64,000 bases of DNA, taken from the NCBI RefSeq assembly GCF_000143415.4, contig NW_003314297.1, positions 62,001 to 126,000 on the forward strand, given 5' to 3'. The DNA is from Selaginella moellendorffii. Its lineage: Eukaryota; Plantae; Lycopodiophyta. This document shows positions 55,933-64,000 of the stretch, piece by piece. A model generated the notes under the pieces. The model was not told where the DNA came from and ran no database searches. It saw only the letters and a list, made by a program, of their open reading frames with translations. Positions within the stretch are counted from its first letter, which is position 1; the number at the start of each line of letters is the position of its first letter. Position numbers and translations under genes: made by a program.

Positions 55933-57111
55933 ATGGCTGGCATCAAGGCATTTGTTGACAGCTGCAACGGGACGCTGGACAGCGTTCCGGACAGATACAT
56001 GATGCCGAATGGAGCTGCCGATGTCTCCCGGTACGCGGTGCTGCCGATAGTCGATGTGGCGAGCAAGAGCTTCGAGAGGGATCTCGTTGACGCTTGCGCA
56101 AAGTACGGAATGTTCTACGTAAGTTTTCAAGAAGTGTCTTTTCCTGTAGTACATGTTTGCTAAGTGGGTGTATTTCTTGTTCAGCTCAAGAACCATGGCA
56201 TTCACACCGAGGATGTGATGAGGTGCGCTCTCGAGTTCTTCAACTCGCCCAGCGAGGACAAGATGCGGTACTACACCGAGGAGATCTTCACGCCCGTCCG
56301 CTACTGCACCAGCATGATGCCTTCGAAGGAAGAGAAGCTCGAGTGGCACGACCACCTCCAGATGTGGCTCAAGGAAGAGTCCCTCGGAGCGCACCCCTGG
56401 CCCGCGTTCCCAGCCAGCTACAAGTCAGTATCTCGCTCCTTGATTATGGTATTGCTCTAGATTGCTGATGCTCTATATGCAACAGGGACGTTGGATCTGA
56501 GTACGCCAGAAACATCTTCAAGCTCGGAAAGAGGATGCTGTTGGTCATGTCTGAGGGACTTGGCCTCCGCACAAGCCGTCTTCTGGAAGCATTCGAAGAC
56601 ATGGTTCTTCTGACGAGAGCCAACTTCTATCCGGCTTGCCCGAATCCGAGGCAAGCCTTGGGGATGGAAGGCCACACCGACAGTGGTGGCCTCACGTTTG
56701 TGCTCCAGGATGGAGTCGGGGGATTGCAGCTCAAGCAAGGCGAGGATTGGTACAATGTGAGGCCACTCGAGGGAATGCTGGTGGTTAACATGGGCGATCA
56801 GCTAGAGGTACGAGCAGTTGAAAACTTTTTGAGAAACTGTGGATTGATCTTACTCTTGGTTGGTTGTCTTATATCAGAAGCTGAGCAATGGGAGATACAA
56901 GAGCATACTGCACAGGGTGATGGTGAACTCGAAGAGCTCGAGGCTGTCCGTTGGGGCGTTTCTTGGGCCGTCACTAGATGCGGAGATCAGCCCGATTCCA
57001 GAGCTGGTGAGCCAGGAGAGTCCGGCAAAGTACCGCAGCAGGACTTACAGGGACTACATGCACGAGGTGTACACGGAGCACTTCTCCGGGAAGAATGTCT
57101 ATGTGGCTTGA
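55933..57111 (+). CDS. 2OG/Fe(II) dioxygenase, copy 2 (4 exons, intact)
   Basis: Near-identical to copy 1; HTD/H/RLS motifs; TATA box CTATATAAA at ~55824. Confidence 0.93.
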
Positions 57112-57213
57112 GCCTTGGATAGTCATAGGCACCAATTTTTTTCTCATCTCACAGATTTTTGCTCACAAGGATCTTAATGTGATAAGCCACATACGAAATT
57201 TGCTCCCTTGACC

Positions 57214-57335
57214 GACTGTGTGCTGCCTAGAAGGTCGTAAAAGGTTAACAATCAGACTGTGTGCTGCCTAGAAGGTCGTAAAAGATTAACAATCCGACTG
57301 TGTGCTGCCTAGAAGGTCATCAAGTTTAACAATCT
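57214..57335. repeat. Three tandem copies of a 41-bp unit downstream of dioxygenase copy 2
   Basis: GACTGTGTGCTGCCTAGAAGGTC starts at 57214, 57255 and 57296. Confidence 0.9.
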
Positions 57336-58409
57336 GGGAAGGAATAAGAGAAATTTTTGTTAACAGGTGTCTCATTATATAAATAATTTATAGTTGAATT
57401 TTGTAACGTGGTCCTAAGCGCCAGAATTATATGACAGGTGTGGATTGAAAGTACTATCCAAACACACAAAAAGCAGCACTTTCCCATCAGGTGTCCACTC
57501 TTTTTATTTTCATTGGCTTTAGATTGTTAGCTGTGTCAAGTCCAGTGAAAACCACACCGACAATCAACTATAGAAAATTAAGTGAGCTGGGCTGGGAGAT
57601 GGAGGAACGTGAGCGTGGGAATGGAGGGAGAGAGAAGACTTCCACAACAAACTTGCAAACTTGTTTGCTCAGTCTCATGCTTTTTGTTGGGCACTACGAA
57701 ACTGCCAAAACAGAATATAGAATAAAATAGATTATCCAAAGGAAACCTGAAATATACCACATACAAGAGGTAAGGTGTGAGTACAAACCGACCGCAGATA
57801 GCTGGGAGCACTATGTGCTTAACGCCCTCCCTGCAAGCAAATGAAACAACGCCCCTGTAATAGCAAAAGCACAATGTATCAAGTGTGCTACACACTCCGG
57901 CATACCTGTAACTTTATGAAAAGGAAGACAGAACAGATTTTTTTTCTTATTCGTTGGCACATTACAAGCTCGTTTGCGGATTGAAAGTGTACAATGGACA
58001 CAAGTGCATCAATCCGAGTGGTGAAAACGCTTGTATACGTAAACTGCTTGGTAAAGAGAACTTGGACGAGTCAGCCTCTCGTCCTTCCTATATTAACACA
58101 TACCCAGCACTCTGATGTTCCCACCAGATCCTGCAACTCGTCATTCATCCTGCAAAAGAACCACCGATGTTTCTAAAAAGTACGCTGTACATATCTTACT
58201 TTGAGAATGCGAGCTCCAGAGCTCTCGGTGTACCACACTCCAGAGATGCTCGAATGCGATCCATGGGTCGAGATCGGCGTAACTTGAGAAGTTCGAGTTG
58301 TGGTGCACATCTGTTACCTTCGGAAGAGCTGCATGGAAAATTACTACAACTCGCCTCCATCTTCACTGCTGGTGTGCACCTGGAAATCTCTCAAACATTA
58401 GGAATTTTG

Positions 58410-58993
58410 ATGTGGATGTGGGAGTACGATTGTGTCGAGCGCCCTTTTTGGAGGGTGGAGCGATCGCGCGTGGGCAATGCAGTGCCTAACACCAGCGAGG
58501 ATTCAAGATTATATGAGCAGGTTCGTGAATCTTCCCGAGGAGCAGCGGCAATGGGCGGAGAGTGTCTACTCGAATGGGGAAGGATTGGAGCTTTTCCTTT
58601 TCCAGGTGAACGCCATCGAAGGCGAGGGCTTTGAGTTGTATAAAGAGACCCTGGAGGCGATTGCCGCAGGCGCGCTGCTGGATGGCTCTCAAGATATGAG
58701 CCAAGAGGCTGAAGCCCTGCGTTGCCTCCACAGGGCATTTGCACACCAGCTCCAAGGAAGCAATCCAAACTTGGCACCGAGGCTGAGCGCTTCTGGCATT
58801 CTGGATGCGCACAGGTGCCTGATGGGCTCGAGCAAGCCAGACATCGCCAGGAGGCTGAGGCGCGAAGACGAGATTGCCTTCACCATGACGACACTGAGCT
58901 TGCCGCATGTTTTCATGTGGCCTTCGGACGTGGAGGGAGCTCTTCACAGGCTCGTGGATGCGGAGCTAGATGAGCTCTTCGCGAGAGATTGTC
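58410..58993 (+). pseudogene. Fic-domain gene, 5' half (copy 1)
   Basis: Closely matches 62213-62810; 11-nt deletion near 58498; breaks before the Fic motif. Confidence 0.85.
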
Positions 58994-59068
58994 AAGACAC
59001 TCTTTTAAAACTATTTATTGTAAACACCAATGTTGCCTATTTCTAGAGGAGATAGAGGATAGAACACC

Positions 59069-59332
59069 GAGGGGAGCATACCGAGCAGGCTTCCAGCCTC
59101 GGTGCCTTTCGTTTGATGCTGGTCATCGTACTACTTGTGGTTGTTCTGGTTGTCCAAGCTGAGCTTCGATCACATTCGAACGGTGCTGGTGTTGTCGATC
59201 AACTCCGAAGCATGCAGACACCACGAGTAATTCCTACATGCACTACAACGTCGTCTCAGATGGCCATGTCTTCTCTGATCTCGGTAAAGATCACACGATC
59301 GATCCACGCTCTTTTCATGACTAAAGTGTCAG
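59069..59332 (+). pseudogene. MFS/isocyanide-synthase junction fragment (second ICS remnant)
   Basis: Paralog of ~21925-22203; reads NVVSDGHVFSDL|GTAAAG...TGTCAG with the intact SDG motif. Confidence 0.75.
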
Positions 59333-59575
59333 CACGCCACCTTCCTCGCTACGATCGAACTCCTGCTCTTTTCGAAGCATTCCCGGTAGTCATCCCCGTC
59401 CACAAAAGGAGGGTCCTGCTTCATACTTTCCACCAACAAGGTATTCGGGAACGGCGCAAGTGACTGCAATAGCTTTGCGAGCAGTACTCCCCCGATCCTC
59501 CCATTCCCGTCCTTGAAAGGATGTCAAACTCGAGGAAGAACCGTGCCCCGAGCTTGAGAAGTATCTCAGTCCGAT
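59333..59575 (-). pseudogene. Fic-domain gene, 3' fragment (inverted)
   Basis: Reverse complement of ~62815-63075 (LLKLGARFFLEF...) with small deletions through the HPF motif. Confidence 0.85.
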
Positions 59576-59973
59576 GACTGTGACAACGATGAGATAGGCC
59601 CTTAAGGCGGCAAAGGTGGGGAACGAGCTGAGAATGGACTTGTCGCTGGACTTCTTGACGACAGGCCCGGGCCAGAGGAAGAGGCCAAACAGTAGATACA
59701 GGAAGGTTGGTAGGAGCCCAAGGAGGAGCAGAAAGGAGCTGACGTGGAACTGGAAGAAAGTCTGGAACACAACCGCGAATGGGCGGGAAAGCCATGCTGG
59801 TACCGAGATGATGTTATTGACGGACTCTTGCCTGTAACACAGGGAGATTTTGAGCGCCTGCGAGAACAAGCTGAAGCTGGTGAGCGTGCCTCCGGTGCAT
59901 GCTATCAGGTAGAAGCCCTGACCCAGCGATTGCTGGCGATGGAGAAGAGCTCCCTCGCCATTGCTAGAGCCAT
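59576..59973 (-). pseudogene. Nodulin-like MFS 5' fragment (copy 3)
   Basis: Paralog of 55060-55474 with additional deletions. Confidence 0.78.
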
Positions 59974-60421
59974 TGCCGAATAATCGTTTCTTATGCCTTT
60001 GTCTTGTTCGTATTGCAGTCCATGTGACGCCCCGACTGCAGCCGTCGCTTGCGTGGACGATCTTTTCGTTTCTCAAAGCACACTAGAAAACGTGACAATT
60101 GCGAAGGTTCATGGATTTTTCTGGTGGGTCAACTAAGTTGAGCTTTGACGCCTGATGTGGATCCGAGGCAGGCCGCATGTGGACGCTGGTCAGATCACGG
60201 ATACGGAAAAGTCCACAAAATGGTCTTGAGCGGGGGCGGATCCGGAATCGGCGCAATGGTAACGTTCTTAGCATTTTCGTGCTGCCCACTTGAAAATCTT
60301 ATTTTTTGCAACTATATAAGCAGGGCACTGGGGGGACACTGATATCCGCATCTCAAAGTTGAGAAAGCCTTACATTTCCATCTTTCATCTTTGAAGCTTT
60401 CTTGCTTACACAGTTTCATCC

Positions 60422-61601
60422 ATGGCTGGCATCAAGGCATTTGTCGACAGCTGCAACGGGACGCTGGACAGCGTTCCGGACAGATACATGATGCCGAATG
60501 GAGCTGCCGATGTCTCCCGGTACGCGGTGCTGCCGATAGTCGATGTGGCGAGCGAGAGCTTCGAGAGGGATCTCGTTGACGCTTGCTCAAAGTACGGAAT
60601 GTTCTACGTAAGTTTTCAAGAAGTGTCTTTTTCCTGTAGTACATGTTCGCTAAGTGGATGTATTTCTTGTTCAGCTCAAGAACCACGGCATTCACACCGA
60701 GGATGTGATGAGGTGCGCTCTCGAGTTCTTCAACTCGCCCAGCGAGGACAAGATGCGGTACTACACCGAGGAGATCTTCACGCCCGTCCGCTACTGCACC
60801 AGCATGATGCCCTCGAAGGAAGAGAAGCTCGAGTGGCACGACCACCTCCAGATGTGGCTCAAGGAAGAGTCCCTCGGAGCGCACCCCTGGCCCGCGTTCC
60901 CAGCCAGCTACAAGTCAGTATCTCGCTCCGTGATTATGGTATTGCTCTAGATTGCTGATGTTCTATATGCAACAGGGACGTTGGATCCGAGTACGCCAGA
61001 AACATCTTCAAGCTCGGGAAGAGGATGCTGTTGGTCATGTCTGAGGGACTTGGCCTCCGCACAAATCGTCTTCTGGAAGCATTCGAAGACATGGTTCTTC
61101 TGACGAGAGCCAACTTCTATCCGGCTTGCCCGAATCCGAGGCAAGCATTGGGGATGGAAGGCCACACCGACAGTGGTGGCCTCACGTTTGTGCTCCAGGA
61201 TGGAGTCGGGGGATTGCAGCTCAAGCAAGGCGAGGATTGGTACAATGTGAGGCCACTCGAGGGAATGCTGGTGGTTAACATGGGCGATCAGCTAGAGGTA
61301 CGAGCAGTCGAAAACTTTTTGAGAAACTGTGGATTGATCTTTGTCTTGGTTGGTTGTCTTGTATCAGAAGCTCAGCAATGGGAGATACAAGAGCATACTG
61401 CACAGGGTGATGGTGAACTCGAAGAGCTCGAGGCTGTCCGTTGGGGCGTTTCTTGGGCCGTCACTAGATGCGGAGATCAGCCCGATTCCAGAGCTGGTGA
61501 GCCAGCAGAGTCCGGCAAAGTACCGCAGCAGGACTTACAGGGACTACATGCACGAGGTGTACACGGAGCACTTCTCCGGGAAGAACGTCTATGTGGCTTG
61601 A
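60422..61601 (+). CDS. 2OG/Fe(II) dioxygenase, copy 3 (4 exons, intact)
   Basis: Near-identical to copies 1 and 2; TATA box CTATATAA at ~60312. Confidence 0.93.
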
Positions 61602-62319
61602 GCCTTGGATAGTCTTAGGCACCAATTTTTTTCTCATCTCACAGATTTTTGCTCACAAGGATCTTAATGTGATAAGCCACATACGAAATTTGCTCCCTTG
61701 ACCGACTGTGTGCTGCCTAGAAGGTCGTAAAGTTTAACAATCTGGGAGGGAATAACAATCATTAACAGGATTTTTGTAAGGTCAGATGAGGTGTGATCGT
61801 GTGATATGGATTGAAACTACTATCCAAACACATGAAAAACAGCGCTTTTCCATCAGGTGTCCACTCTTTTTATTTTCATTTTCTTTAGATTTTCAGCTGC
61901 GTCAAGTCCAATGAAAACCACACCGACAATCAGCTTGAACTTCGATAGAAAATTAAAAAACTTTTCCCTGCAGTCTTCAGCAAGAGCGAGCAAGGACCTC
62001 AGAGTGGCCTGGGCGAACGTGGGCGTGGGAATGGAAGGAGAGAGAAGACCACAACAATTTTGGAAACTTGTTTGCACATGCTCGAATGCGATCCATGAGT
62101 CGAGATCGACATAACTCGAGATGTTCGAGTTGTGGTGCACCTTCGGAAGAGCTGCATGGAAAATTACTACAACTCGCCTCCATCGCCCCTGGTGTGGAAA
62201 TCTAGGGTTTTGATGTGGGAGTACGATTGGGTGGAGCGCCACTTTTGGAGGTGGAGCGATCGCGCGTGGGCGATGTAGTGCCCAACACCAGCGAAATTCT
62301 CGCCAGGATTCAAGAGAAT

Positions 62320-63261
62320 ATGAGCAGGTTTGTGAATCTTCTCGAGGAGCAGCGGCAATGGGCGGAGGGTGTCTACTCGAATGGGGAAGGATTGGAGCTT
62401 TTCCTTTTCCAGGTGAACGCCATCGAAGGCGAGGGGTTTGAGTTGTATAAAGAGACCCAGGAGGCGATTGCCGCAGGCGCGCTGCTGGATGGCTCTCAAG
62501 ATATGAGCCAAGAGGCTGAAGCCATGCGTTGCCTCCACAGGGCATTTGCACACCAGCTCCAAGGAAGCAATGCAAACTTGGCACCGAGGTTGAGCGTTTC
62601 TGGCATTCTGGATGCGCACAGGTGCCTGATGAGCTCGAGCAAGCCAGGCATCGCCGGGAGGCTGAGGCGCGAGGACGAGGTTGCCTTCACCGTGACGACA
62701 CTGAACTTGCCGCATGTTTTCATGTGGCCTTCGGACGTGGAGGGAGCTCTTCACAGGCTCGTGGATGAAACCAATGCGGAGCTCGAGGAGCTCTTCGCGA
62801 GAGATTGTCACGACCGGACTGAGAGACTTCTCAAGCTCGGGGCACGGTTCTTCCTCGAGTTTGAGAACATCCATCCTTTCAAGGATGGGAATGGGAGGAT
62901 CGGGAGAGTACTGCTTGCAAAGCTATTGGAGTCACTTGCGCCGTTCCCGAATACCTTGTTGGTGGAAAGTATGAAGCAGGACCCTCCGTTTGTGGACGGG
63001 GATGACTACCGAGAATGCTTCGAAAGGGCCCAGGCAGAGCAGGAGTTCGATCGTAGCGAGGAAGGTGGCGCGCTGAGGTTGACGAGAGAGGGCGCAGTGA
63101 GCAAAACTTCTCCTCCAGAGGATCTGGCGGCTTTGGTGGTGGAAGGCTTGTACGTGGGGTGGAAGCGCCTGTTTAAGGCTCTTCATGAAGTGGAAGTTCC
63201 AGTGACAAGGGCATGGAAACCAAAGTGGTGGGAATCACGGCAGTCCCTGGTCCAGGCATGA
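62320..63261 (+). CDS. Fic/DOC-family protein (putative AMPylase), intronless
   Basis: Canonical HPFKDGNGRIGR motif, ILDAHRCLM and AGRLR elements, and N-terminal VNAIEG resembling the (S/T)xxxE(G/N) inhibitory helix. First in-frame ATG is 62320; the ancestral start is probably 62213. Confidence 0.85.
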   Translation: MSRFVNLLEEQRQWAEGVYSNGEGLELFLFQVNAIEGEGFELYKETQEAIAAGALLDGSQDMSQEAEAMRCLHRAFAHQLQGSNANLAPRLSVSGILDAHRCLMSSSKPGIAGRLRREDEVAFTVTTLNLPHVFMWPSDVEGALHRLVDETNAELEELFARDCHDRTERLLKLGARFFLEFENIHPFKDGNGRIGRVLLAKLLESLAPFPNTLLVESMKQDPPFVDGDDYRECFERAQAEQEFDRSEEGGALRLTREGAVSKTSPPEDLAALVVEGLYVGWKRLFKALHEVEVPVTRAWKPKWWESRQSLVQA

Positions 63262-64000
63262 AATACTTGTTTTCCACTAGAATAGATGGCCATATAGTGC
63301 CAATATGCCGCATCCACGTCTCACAGCCGCTGAAGTTGTGAAAAAAATGCATGAGAGAAATGGAGATGAACTCACGCCTAATTTTCTCCTGGGGAGAGAT
63401 ACGATTTTGTCAGGGGTACGAACATACAGGATGCATGAAATGATAGAAAAAGGAAGGAAGAAGGTTGGTTTAACATCGGCATCATTTTGCTCTTGATCTG
63501 ATATAGCTTTTCGTCAGATCTTGGATTTGTGCTAGCTATCCTTTTGTTTTTTATCTCTCCCGGCTATATAACAGTCTTCAAAGTCCCAAGACTCAAAATA
63601 TTGCCCAAACTCGGCTTCCCGTTCTGCTCATCTCCATGACGTTGCTCACTACCTCCCAGTCGCTTGTCTTGGCTCTTACCTCTTGAGGGCGTGGAGCTCA
63701 AGTTTACATATTCGAACAGGGGCCACAGCATGCGGATATCAAGGTTGAGGCTTAGAGAATGGATTACCATTGCCATACTAGTGGAACAGTTGGGAGCAGA
63801 GACTCTCGTTGAGGTCGTGAAGTACTCATATTGTCGTGCTGTCCTATTCTGGTGATCGAGTTGGCCAGACCACATATACGAGTTCGGGGAGCTGCAACAT
63901 ACATCGACAAGCCTGCTTACCAGTTTCACTCCGTTCCTTGTTATCTACAAGTTCTTCAGGACTCTGACCATGTCCCTACACTGTCCAGGGCCTTGGCCTC

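Noticed and set aside
57214-57335. Regularly spaced repeats resembling a CRISPR array
   Set aside because: Units are contiguous 41-bp tandem copies with no unique spacers, there are no cas genes, and the context is eukaryotic.

Overview
Eukaryotic nuclear DNA from a very compact non-seed land-plant genome. Introns of about 45-60 nt, intergenic gaps of about 50-200 bp and SS-motif-rich PLS-PPR genes point to a Selaginella-type lycophyte (inference). The housekeeping backbone holds a Ser-rich protein, a VQ-motif gene, RPL36, a DUF3598-like gene, a four-exon G-protein gamma subunit missed by the ORF track, a large P-class PPR, DEAD-box helicase RH39, a ~2000-aa galactose-binding-like/ARM protein, glutaminyl-tRNA synthetase and an SRP54 pseudogene. 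Two mirror-image clusters pair four THA8-like short PPR genes with four DYW-less PLS-E PPR genes (6.4-12.4 kb and 28.2-34.2 kb). Between them, and again at 54-64 kb, lies a triplicated accessory cassette: an intact 2-oxoglutarate/Fe(II) dioxygenase divergent from a broken nodulin-like MFS transporter. In two copies the transporter is fused to remnants of a fungal-type isocyanide synthase (Dit1/PvcA/CrmA family; SDGHVFSD, LYRGFSRFMLEDL and HIPT..HN motifs, with a spliceosomal intron). Fic-domain genes (HPFKDGNGRIGR) flank the two right-hand copies. This looks like the decayed trace of a plant isocyanide-type biosynthetic cluster and is the top candidate for a novel system. A 5-kb Ty3/gypsy element (tRNA-Ala-like PBS, -1 frameshift pseudoknot) and a heavily C>T/G>A-mutated sister copy sit in the left cassette. 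All calls come from reading the sequence by eye; no database searches were run.
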